A stretch of 24,000 nucleotides of DNA. Origin: Geobacillus phage TP-84. The stretch lies in the sequence record NC_041918.2; one strand, given 5' to 3'. The notes beneath the pieces are model-generated. The model did not search any database. It was not told where the DNA came from and was given only the letters and a program-made list of their open reading frames with translations. Of this stretch, positions 15,899-23,074 are shown piece after piece. The first letter of the stretch is position 1, and every line of letters begins with the position of its first letter. A program made the translations under genes and the position numbers.

Positions 15899-16095
15899 AA
15901 CCATATGATCCGATCCCGATGGCGATCACATTGAAACCACACCAAACGATCCGAAAAGGTGAAGTCATCCAGGAAACCATCGGTGGCAAAGTGGTCAAAT
16001 TTAAAGTGATCGACATCCGAATGGTGGAAATACGCGAAACACACGCACTGGTCGGTGTAATGGCCAGGGAAATCGGGGAAGGTGATGCCGAATAA
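15895..16095 (+). CDS. small hypothetical phage protein
   Basis: 66-aa ORF, ATGA overlap with previous gene. Confidence 0.6.
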   Translation: MKPYDPIPMAITLKPHQTIRKGEVIQETIGGKVVKFKVIDIRMVEIRETHALVGVMAREIGEGDAE

Positions 16096-16207
16096 ATGAA
16101 AAAGACCAGGCGATCTGCCTGGCCACCAAACAGGGGGAATTCAATGGTGAATTCCTCTATATTATACCAAGAAACACGATATTCAACAACATGAGGAGGT
16201 GGACAAA

Positions 16208-16423
16208 ATGGATAAAATTCCGAAACTAGTGATGGCATCGGATATGGCTGAAAAATGGGGTGTGGATCGCCGTGTGGTGAATAACTGGTCCAGGCGTGAT
16301 CCGTCATTCCCGAAACCAGTGATGGTTGTCGGCAACGGGAAATATCCGCTTTACCTGGAAGAAGATATGATCGCTTATGGCAAACAAAAAGGTCTGGAAA
16401 AAGGGGATGATACACAAACATGA
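16208..16423 (+). CDS. small HTH DNA-binding protein (AlpA/excisionase-like)
   Basis: ATG 16208 with GAGGAGGTGG upstream; 'VMASDMAEKWGVDRRVVNNWSRRDPSFPKPVMVVGNGKYPLYLEEDMIAY'. Confidence 0.65.
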   Translation: MDKIPKLVMASDMAEKWGVDRRVVNNWSRRDPSFPKPVMVVGNGKYPLYLEEDMIAYGKQKGLEKGDDTQT

Positions 16424-16629
16424 TCAGATCGAAGGATTACTGGGAAGGATACAATCACGCACAGAAGGAAGCGGAAAAGCGGTGGGAACAAGCACGGTCT
16501 GAACTCACCGCCAGATTTATTGAGATCATCGAAGATTCCAGGCGTGACGTGAAGGGGATCGGGCCAAAAGTACACAAAGCACTGGTCGAATACGTGATCG
16601 AACGAATGATGAATGGGGGGCGGAAATAA
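16420..16629 (+). CDS. small hypothetical phage protein
   Basis: 69-aa ORF, ATGA overlap with upstream and ATAATG junction with downstream ORF. Confidence 0.6.
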   Translation: MIRSKDYWEGYNHAQKEAEKRWEQARSELTARFIEIIEDSRRDVKGIGPKVHKALVEYVIERMMNGGRK

Positions 16630-16901
16630 TGTGGCTAGGATTCGAAACACGGCAACAATATCTGGACTGGCTTGAATCGTTGCAACCAGGAAACGAAGTG
16701 GCAGTGGGATTCCGCATTCGATATGGAAGGGATGTGCGTTATGAGATCCGAACAGTCACAAGGGTGACAAATCGGCAAATCATCCTGGATGATGGTGCAA
16801 TCCGCTTCAATCGCGGCACAGGGAAGCAGTGGGGCGGATATGCATGGATCGAGCCAGTCACCGAAAAAATTCTATCGCAAAAATACGGTAAACAGGCATA
16901 A
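16629..16901 (+). CDS. small hypothetical phage protein
   Basis: 90-aa ORF following GGGGGGCGG; end precedes a large intergenic hairpin. Confidence 0.55.
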   Translation: MWLGFETRQQYLDWLESLQPGNEVAVGFRIRYGRDVRYEIRTVTRVTNRQIILDDGAIRFNRGTGKQWGGYAWIEPVTEKILSQKYGKQA

Positions 16902-16909
16902 TTCCGCTG

Positions 16910-16949
16910 ATCCCTGCATACACTGGATTCATCCAGTGTTTGTGGGGAT
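16910..16949 (+). other. intergenic hairpin with two stacked stems
   Basis: ATCCC (16910-16914)/GGGAT (16945-16949) enclosing CACTGGAT (16921-16928)/ATCCAGTG (16931-16938). Confidence 0.6.
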
Positions 16950-16973
16950 ACTCTACACACCGGGGGGATTCAG

Positions 16974-17135
16974 ATGGCATTGAAAGTGGTTAAAAAGCAG
17001 ATGACATGCAAAGAGATCATGATCCTTTATTTCTGCGATGACTGCGGCATCCAGGAATGGTCGGATCGGATCATTCCGAAAAAGCGATGCGAAAAGTGTG
17101 GACTGTTTATGGATCACGAAGAATGGGAAGGGTGA
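16974..17135 (+). CDS. 53-aa putative zinc-ribbon protein
   Basis: GGGGGGATTCAG RBS; MALKVVKKQMTCKEIMILYFCDDCGIQEWSDRIIPKKRCEKCGLFMDHEEWEG, two CxxC pairs. Confidence 0.6.
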   Translation: MALKVVKKQMTCKEIMILYFCDDCGIQEWSDRIIPKKRCEKCGLFMDHEEWEG

Positions 17136-17141
17136 TGGTGA

Positions 17142-17396
17142 ATGCATATCACAAAAAAACTGATCCCGGCCGATCAATCCGAAATATATCAAATCCCAAA
17201 GCATCACGCACTGGATGTCCTGGCGAAAGAGATCACCAAACAACAAAGACACATCGAACGGATCAAGATGGACATCCAGGCGGTGAAGGATCAGCCGAAA
17301 AAGGTGGCACGATGGCAAAAACAGATCGAGATTCACGAAAAGCGAATCCAGGAATGTCGCCAGGCGATCAAATGGATCATGGAAAATCTGGTGTAA
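17142..17396 (+). CDS. coiled-coil hypothetical protein
   Basis: 84 aa, GGGTGATGGTGA upstream. Confidence 0.55.
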   Translation: MHITKKLIPADQSEIYQIPKHHALDVLAKEITKQQRHIERIKMDIQAVKDQPKKVARWQKQIEIHEKRIQECRQAIKWIMENLV

Positions 17397-17426
17397 AGGC
17401 ACTGAAAAAAATCAGTGCCTTTTTTA
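17396..17426 (+). terminator. intrinsic terminator overlapping the stop codon
   Basis: AAGGCACTG (17396-17404)/CAGTGCCTT (17413-17421) then T run. Confidence 0.85.
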
Positions 17427-17440
17427 TTTTTTATGGAATA

Positions 17441-17469
17441 TAGACAGGCACACATGAAATATGTATGTA
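17441..17469 (+). promoter_or_regulatory. possible promoter of the RHH/T4SS-like module
   Basis: TAGACA, 17-nt spacer, TATGTA, directly after a terminator. Confidence 0.35.
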
Positions 17470-17512
17470 ATGCAAAGCAAATCAAAACTAAATGAAAAGG
17501 GGATGGAATGAC

Positions 17513-17644
17513 ATGAAAAAAATGAAAAAATACACTGTGGTGATCAGAAAATTTTCAGGCAGAAAGGAAAAATGGGGATTTTTAGCGCAGAACGAACAGA
17601 TCGCAAAAGCTATTGCAGATGCAATCAGAAAGGGTGGCAAGTAA
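17513..17644 (+). CDS. 43-aa hypothetical protein
   Basis: GGGGATGGAATGAC upstream; MKKMKKYTVVIRKFSGRKEKWGFLAQNEQIAKAIADAIRKGGK; TAATG overlap with next gene. Confidence 0.5.
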   Translation: MKKMKKYTVVIRKFSGRKEKWGFLAQNEQIAKAIADAIRKGGK

Positions 17645-17874
17645 TGTCAATGAAAACGAAAGGGGTGGCATTCAATCTGGCCGATCCCGATCAAAAGGCA
17701 TTATATGAATATGCCATGACACGCACCAATTTCAGCGCATACGTCAAACGGCTGATCCAGGCTGATATGCAACGGCAACAAGCAAAAACCGCAGGGCGAC
17801 AACATCCTGCGGTCCATTCCGCTGAATATGGCGGCATTAAGATCCGAATTGGCGAAAAGTCACTGGGTGAATAG
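17644..17874 (+). CDS. putative RHH-like plasmid-type DNA-binding/segregation protein
   Basis: 76 aa, 'VAFNLADPDQKALYEYAMTRTNFSAYVKRLIQADM' resembles small plasmid-encoded RHH proteins. Confidence 0.5.
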   Translation: MSMKTKGVAFNLADPDQKALYEYAMTRTNFSAYVKRLIQADMQRQQAKTAGRQHPAVHSAEYGGIKIRIGEKSLGE

Positions 17875-18011
17875 CTTGACGATGATGGCCGCCGTGCCAG
17901 TGGTCACAAGCACATATCCGATTCCGACAAGGATCGGCATCGATGATCACATCCTTTTCCAAAGTGTCGATCGTGTTTATAGTATGAACAAAAAACGAAA
18001 GGGTGATACAT

Positions 18012-18437
18012 GTGTTCACACGAAAAAAGGTGGAAACCATTCCATTTCGCGAATTCATGGATGGCAACTGGCGCGAAAAGAAGGCTGAACGCCGCAAAGA
18101 AAGCCTGGATGAAGTGATCACCAGACTGGCGGCGGTTGGAACTGGCGCACATATGGTGATCCATCCGATCGATGCACACGCCGCTGACATGGGCGACATC
18201 ATTATGAAGGCGTGCCAACCGATCATTGATTTATTGCAAGGCATTTCGTATCCAGTCGCTTTCATCATGATCACTGGCGGATTCCTGCTGATCATGACTG
18301 GGCAGACATCCAGGGGGATGCATTTCATCAAATGGGCGTGCCTGGGATATTTAGGATTGCAATTTGCGCCTGCACTGATGCAGATTGTGATCCAGATCGG
18401 TCAAAACATTCAAGCACAAGTGGGGGTGGTACGATGA
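18012..18437 (+). CDS. two-TM membrane protein, VirB2/TrbC-like
   Basis: GTG 18012 after AAAGGGTG; two hydrophobic helices (PVAFIMITGGFLLIMTG / HFIKWACLGYLGLQFAPALMQIVIQIG); ATGA overlap with the ATPase gene. Confidence 0.45.
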   Translation: MFTRKKVETIPFREFMDGNWREKKAERRKESLDEVITRLAAVGTGAHMVIHPIDAHAADMGDIIMKACQPIIDLLQGISYPVAFIMITGGFLLIMTGQTSRGMHFIKWACLGYLGLQFAPALMQIVIQIGQNIQAQVGVVR

Positions 18438-20596
18438 AGCATTTCCGCATTATCCCGGATCAAAAGATTGACAACCGTCATGTGGATCAGATGCTAAAGA
18501 CGCTGAACATATATAAAAGTCCAATACAGCGGTGGAATGGTCGGGGATTCGATCGAATCCCTTTTATTTCATACGAAATACACATCCAAAAGGATCACAC
18601 CACATTCCACATGACGGTGGCCGATGAAATCGAAACGATCGCGAAAAAAGCACTGGAAACCGCCTGGCCGAATGCATCGATCGATCTGGCCGCTGATCCA
18701 TTCCAGGGATTCGAACCGAACGCAATCAGCCGTCTGGAATTGAAACATCATTCCATGTTTGCCATTCGGGTGGATCGCCGGGAAAATGGATTCATGCACA
18801 ATTTGTTCGAATCGTTGAAGGTGATGGGCCAGGATGATCGGATCTTCATTCAGATCCTTTGCATCCCTGCATCCCTGGACTGGTACACATCCGCCGCTGA
18901 TGCCTACAAACGTTTTAAGGAAGGCAAGATGCCGAAAAAGATTCACATCGATGGCAAAGAACTGGCCAGGGAAGGGATCAAACTGGTGACACGTGGTGTC
19001 CTGGGCGTGATCGACACGATTGTGGTCCTAACAGGCGGCACACCAGAAAAGATCAATCTTGACAATGCAGATCGGGCCATGATGATGCGTGATGGTGGCC
19101 TGCGACTGGAAACGATCAACAAGACAAAACACGATGCGTTCGATGTCACGATCCGTGTGGCGATCCAGTCAAAGAATCACGAAAACATCATGAAAATGGT
19201 GGCCGCTTCATTCCGTGAATTCGATGGCGACAATCAATTCACATATTATCCACTGGATGTGAATAAGATGACGATCGGATGGATCGCCGATCGGAAACCA
19301 GGGATCAAGCTGTCAAAGGACTATCTATCGACACCAGAACTGGCCAGGATCATTCATATGCCGACTGGACCGATCCAGATGAAATGGAACATCGAACGGA
19401 TCGAGAAAACACAGACAGCCGTGCCATCCAGGATCACGACTGGTCCTGGCATCTTGATCGGTGTGCATACACACAAAGGAGTGGAACAAACGGTGTTCAT
19501 GCCGATCGATGACTGGGATGAGTTGTGTCTGCCGCGTGTGGCGATCGGCGGCATGGGCCAGGGCAAGACAAGAGGATTCGGCGCAAACTGGTTATATCAA
19601 GCGGTCAAAAATGGATTCGGCGGCCTGGCGATCGATCCGGCAAAAGGGGAAATCGGCAACGAACTGGCGGCGGTCCTGGATGAAGATGAATTCATTCGGA
19701 TCAACATCGCGCAAAATCCGATCTGCCTGGACTGGTGTGAAACAAAATACAGTGAACTGGCCAGGGGCAGACTGGCAAATACGATGATCAGCTTTTTCAA
19801 TTCGAATGCCGATGATGCAGGAGTGCAGACACAGCGATATATCCGGGCGATGGTTATGGGGATGCAGGGGAACAAACTGGATGAATTGATCCGCATGATG
19901 AATGATATGGCCTATTTGCAAAAATGCGTGGAAAAGATGCCGCCAGGATTCCACCGGGCCACACTGGAAGAACTGATCAACTATTCCGATGCCAGACGAA
20001 TGCAGATCCTATCGCCGATCTTGAATCGATTAGACATGATCCTGGGCGATCCATTCCTGGCGAAATGCATGGAATCCGATCGATCCCTGGACATGGTGGA
20101 CATTCTGCGGCAACGAAAAGCGATCGTGATCGATGTACCGAAAAAGGATGTCGGTCCAGAAGGCGTGGACATCATTGTGAATCTTCTATCCACCAAAATC
20201 GATCTGGCGATGACACTGCGGCCAGACGATGAACAATTTCCGTTTTTCATCGTGTTCGATGAACCGCACCAATACATGAGAAGCCACACGATCTGGAAAT
20301 CAGCATGTGTGGAATCCAGGAAATGGCGTGTCGGCTATGTCTGGATGTTTCACGAATGGACACAAATCGATGACAAACTGCGGAAGATCATGAAATCCGC
20401 GTTGCCGCACTATCACGTTTATCCATCGTCAAAAAACACATTCCTGGATCTGAAAGAAGAACTGCAACCATTCGAACTGGATGACTTTCTAAAACTGGAA
20501 CGCTGGCACGCCATCAACGTGATCCGATCCGGCGGCCAAACGATCACACCATTCATCGCCAGGATGACACCGCCGCCAACAAAAAGAGAAATCTAG
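18434..20596 (+). CDS. HerA/VirB4/VirD4-type ATPase (conjugation-like)
   Basis: 720 aa; Walker A GGMGQGKT (19547-19570) with 'GGLAIDPAKGEIGNEL', Walker B 'FFIVFDEPHQ', long N-terminal region; type IV secretion/coupling-like architecture. Confidence 0.7.
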   Translation: MKHFRIIPDQKIDNRHVDQMLKTLNIYKSPIQRWNGRGFDRIPFISYEIHIQKDHTTFHMTVADEIETIAKKALETAWPNASIDLAADPFQGFEPNAISRLELKHHSMFAIRVDRRENGFMHNLFESLKVMGQDDRIFIQILCIPASLDWYTSAADAYKRFKEGKMPKKIHIDGKELAREGIKLVTRGVLGVIDTIVVLTGGTPEKINLDNADRAMMMRDGGLRLETINKTKHDAFDVTIRVAIQSKNHENIMKMVAASFREFDGDNQFTYYPLDVNKMTIGWIADRKPGIKLSKDYLSTPELARIIHMPTGPIQMKWNIERIEKTQTAVPSRITTGPGILIGVHTHKGVEQTVFMPIDDWDELCLPRVAIGGMGQGKTRGFGANWLYQAVKNGFGGLAIDPAKGEIGNELAAVLDEDEFIRINIAQNPICLDWCETKYSELARGRLANTMISFFNSNADDAGVQTQRYIRAMVMGMQGNKLDELIRMMNDMAYLQKCVEKMPPGFHRATLEELINYSDARRMQILSPILNRLDMILGDPFLAKCMESDRSLDMVDILRQRKAIVIDVPKKDVGPEGVDIIVNLLSTKIDLAMTLRPDDEQFPFFIVFDEPHQYMRSHTIWKSACVESRKWRVGYVWMFHEWTQIDDKLRKIMKSALPHYHVYPSSKNTFLDLKEELQPFELDDFLKLERWHAINVIRSGGQTITPFIARMTPPPTKREI

Positions 20597-20603
20597 TTTT
20601 TTG

Positions 20604-20650
20604 TTGTAATTTGCATAATTTTTGTTACAATTGAATGTGTAAAATATTAC
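20604..20650 (+). promoter_or_regulatory. promoter region of the secreted-protein gene
   Basis: Candidates TTGTAA-16-TACAAT (20604-20631) and TTGTTA-17-TATTAC (20622-20650); AT-rich, repeated TTACAATTnAA. Confidence 0.5.
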
Positions 20651-20675
20651 AATTCAAAGAAAGGGTGGACAATAG

Positions 20676-21149
20676 ATGAAAAAGGTATTAAAAGCTATTT
20701 TGGCCGGGGCGTTGACATTCGGTGTGATGGGAACTGTGTTTGCAGTATCACCAAAAACCGAAGTCCAAGCGGCTGTCGTGGAAGATTGGAGCGGATACAA
20801 AGAAACAGATCTGCAATTACCTATTGACGCAAGTCTCGCTGACGCTGATCGGGATTATAATTATGGCGACACATACAATGTATTAAAAACGGTCGAATGG
20901 CGTTTTACTCCGAAACACATTAAAATCTATCGTGTGAACGAAGATAAAACGCTACAAAGATATAAGACTATTTACCCGGAACTTATAAATGTTATCGATG
21001 GCATAGAATATCAGTATAGATTCCAGACACCGATCACGACTGGTTTCCCTGCTGGAAACTATTATGCAGTACTAACATACACATATGAATATGCAGGCGG
21101 AAACTTCGTGACAGAAGCCTATCGCTCGTATCGTTTCACAATCAATTGA
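20676..21149 (+). CDS. secreted hypothetical protein with signal peptide (candidate lysogenic-conversion moron)
   Basis: MKKVLKAILAGALTFGVMGTVFAVSPKTEVQAA signal peptide with AxA-type cleavage; GAAAGGGTGG RBS. Confidence 0.75.
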   Translation: MKKVLKAILAGALTFGVMGTVFAVSPKTEVQAAVVEDWSGYKETDLQLPIDASLADADRDYNYGDTYNVLKTVEWRFTPKHIKIYRVNEDKTLQRYKTIYPELINVIDGIEYQYRFQTPITTGFPAGNYYAVLTYTYEYAGGNFVTEAYRSYRFTIN

Positions 21150-21165
21150 TACTGAAACAATTCGA

Positions 21166-21202
21166 AAGGTCGTTCTTGGATCAGACAGGAACGGCCTTTT
21201 TT
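21166..21202 (+). terminator. intrinsic terminator
   Basis: AAGGTCGTTC (21166-21175)/GAACGGCCTT (21189-21198) followed by T run. Confidence 0.85.
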
Positions 21203-21220
21203 GTTGCCCAATAAGTGCCA

Positions 21221-21250
21221 GTGACACACGTGGTGCAAAAGTGATATGAT
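21221..21250 (+). promoter_or_regulatory. sigma-A-like promoter
   Basis: GTGACA (21221-21226), 18-nt spacer, TATGAT (21245-21250). Confidence 0.5.
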
Positions 21251-21272
21251 GGGCGTGAGAAAGGGGGAATGA

Positions 21273-21431
21273 GTGGTGAACAAAATCGATCTGATCAAAC
21301 AACTACTGGAAGCAGGCAAACTGCCGATGCTTGACAAAGACAAAGATTATACGATCCAGGAATATATGAAGCTGAAACACGCATCGATCAAAGCGATCGC
21401 AGATGCGCTTGAACAAGCATGCCAGGGATGA
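21273..21431 (+). CDS. 52-aa hypothetical protein (below ORF-track cutoff)
   Basis: GAAAGGGGGAATGA upstream; VVNKIDLIKQLLEAGKLPMLDKDKDYTIQEYMKLKHASIKAIADALEQACQG. Confidence 0.5.
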   Translation: MVNKIDLIKQLLEAGKLPMLDKDKDYTIQEYMKLKHASIKAIADALEQACQG

Positions 21432-21446
21432 TCCCTGGCTTTTTTA
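21421..21446 (+). terminator. intrinsic terminator with stop codon in the loop
   Basis: GCCAGGG (21421-21427)/CCCTGGC (21433-21439) then TTTTTT; TGA at 21429-21431. Confidence 0.85.
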
Positions 21447-21507
21447 TTGCGTAAATACCATTATATGCAGTGATCGAAAAAATATCACAAACATGATCAA
21501 AAAAATA

Positions 21508-21536
21508 TTGCAAAGTGATCATGATCATGATAATAT
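21508..21536 (+). promoter_or_regulatory. promoter with operator-like TGATCA tandem repeats in the spacer
   Basis: TTGCAA (21508-21513), 17 nt, TAATAT (21531-21536); spacer is agTGATCATGATCATGA; further TGATCA at 21494-21499. Confidence 0.6.
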
Positions 21537-21636
21537 AAAGACGTGGACATGATGGACATGTCCGCCGCCCATCAAAGGGTGTGGCCGTCATATGGACTAG
21601 AAAAGGCGGTCAATATAAAAAGATCGGGGGGATTCA

Positions 21637-21795
21637 ATGGGGAAAAGGTTGCAAAAACTAATCGAACAACAACGAAAGAAAATGATCGATCTGGGAATGA
21701 CGAAAGGATTCAATCATCCAGATACGATCCGGGCTTCACAAGAATTGGACAAGCTAATCAACAAAGCAATGAAAAAGCAAAAGCCAGGGAAATGA
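21637..21795 (+). CDS. Spo0E-like sporulation regulatory protein (aspartyl-phosphate phosphatase family)
   Basis: GGGGGGATTCA upstream; 52 aa MGKRLQKLIEQQRKKMIDLGMTKGFNHPDTIRASQELDKLINKAMKKQKPGK, matching the Spo0E two-helix pattern with SxxLDxLI. Confidence 0.8.
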   Translation: MGKRLQKLIEQQRKKMIDLGMTKGFNHPDTIRASQELDKLINKAMKKQKPGK

Positions 21796-21834
21796 TCCCT
21801 GGCACACTACACAACAAGAAGGGGTGATCACCAA

Positions 21835-22071
21835 GTGTCTATCGCTGAAAATTTAAAGCGGCACAGGGAAGCGAAAAATCTGTCGCAACGAAAGCTGGCT
21901 GAATTGGCTGGCGTGCCGCAATCATTGATCAGTCACATCGAAAATGGCGAAAAGAAAAATCCAGGTGTGATCGGCATTAAAAAACTGGCCGATGCACTGG
22001 GGATCACAATGGAAGAACTGATCGAAAGCAAGGGGGATGAGGATGAGGAAATGGGCGGTCTTGACCGATGA
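21835..22071 (+). CDS. XRE/Cro-CI family transcriptional regulator
   Basis: 78 aa, GTG start, 'NLKRHREAKNLSQRKLAELAGVPQSLISHIENGEKKNPGVIGIKKLADALGITMEELI'. Confidence 0.92.
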   Translation: MSIAENLKRHREAKNLSQRKLAELAGVPQSLISHIENGEKKNPGVIGIKKLADALGITMEELIESKGDEDEEMGGLDR

Positions 22072-23059
22072 TCTAAAATTTTGCGAAATCACATTCGATG
22101 GCGAATGGTATCGTGTAAGAATCACCGATGAATTCGGTCAGGAATTAATGACAAACGAATCGATCAGCTTACAAGGGGCGAAAAAACAAGTCAAACGATT
22201 CATCGGCACTGGCCAAACGTTGAAATGGCAGGAAGTCGAAACCGACAAGATCGAAACACCATCCAAACTGCATCTGCCATTCGGTTATCTGTCTGTTTCA
22301 CAAGTTAGAAAATATCTGACATGTCCACGTGCTTATGAATTCAAATATGTCAACAAACTGAATGAGCCGATCGGATCGACACTGGTGATGGGCCGGGCAT
22401 TCCACAAAGGGATGCAGATGGCATCGATCAAAAAGGTGGTCGATGGCGAAATCTTATCCACTGACGATGTGCTGGATGTATATTCGGATGCGTTCGATCA
22501 AGAACGTGAAAACAATGATGTGGACTGGGCCGAAGATGATCCGGCAAAGGTGAAAGATGATGGCGCGAAGCTGATGCAGAAATACTATGAGGAAATGGGG
22601 ATCAATGCGATTCCGATGGTCGATGATCGTGGCCTGCCGCTTGTCGAACGTGAACACGCATTCGAGATCGTGCCAGGGCTGAAAGCGAAAGCAGTCATCG
22701 ACATCATCGAACAAGACGGATCAATCCGGGATTACAAAACAAGTAAGCGATCGCCATCGCAAACGATCATCGATGAAACGATCCAGATGCCAGTCTATGC
22801 GCTTGCATATCGTGACATCACTGGCCAGGTCGAAAAAACGGTGGGCCTGGATTATGCAGTGAACCTAAAGAAAGAAAAAAAGATCATGCGCCTGGAAACC
22901 GATGGGCCAGTCGATGATGGCCGCATCGAACGTGTAAAACAAACCTTCGTGGGTGTGGCAAAGGCGATCAGTGCCGGGATCTTTTACCCGAATGAAGAAT
23001 CGAACGCCTGCGGCTATTGTTCATTTAAGGACATCTGCAAAAAATCAAAAACATTTTAA
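22037..23059 (+). CDS. Cas4/RecB-like PD-(D/E)XK nuclease with Fe-S cysteine signature
   Basis: 'LSVSQVRKYLTCPRAYEFKY', 'LKAKAVIDIIEQDGSIRDYKTSKRS', 'CGYCSFKDIC'. Start could be 22037 or 22043. Confidence 0.85.
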   Translation: MRMRKWAVLTDDLKFCEITFDGEWYRVRITDEFGQELMTNESISLQGAKKQVKRFIGTGQTLKWQEVETDKIETPSKLHLPFGYLSVSQVRKYLTCPRAYEFKYVNKLNEPIGSTLVMGRAFHKGMQMASIKKVVDGEILSTDDVLDVYSDAFDQERENNDVDWAEDDPAKVKDDGAKLMQKYYEEMGINAIPMVDDRGLPLVEREHAFEIVPGLKAKAVIDIIEQDGSIRDYKTSKRSPSQTIIDETIQMPVYALAYRDITGQVEKTVGLDYAVNLKKEKKIMRLETDGPVDDGRIERVKQTFVGVAKAISAGIFYPNEESNACGYCSFKDICKKSKTF

Positions 23060-23074
23060 GAAAGGGGAATTCAA

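Noticed and set aside
17057-17443. 128-aa + strand ORF
   Set aside because: Overlaps the zinc-ribbon ORF and 17142..17396 in another frame and crosses the terminator at 17396.
17828-18088. 86-aa + strand ORF bridging the RHH-like and VirB2-like genes
   Set aside because: Overlaps both neighbours, no convincing RBS; not excluded as a shorter GTG-started peptide, but unsupported.
18569-20289. Minus-strand and alternate-frame ORFs inside the ATPase gene
   Set aside because: Entirely contained in a well-supported 720-aa coding region with Walker motifs.
21543-21827. 94-aa + strand ORF (MDMMDMSAAHQRVW...)
   Set aside because: Different frame from the Spo0E-like ORF 21637..21795, which has the RBS and family motif; this one is low-complexity and highly charged.
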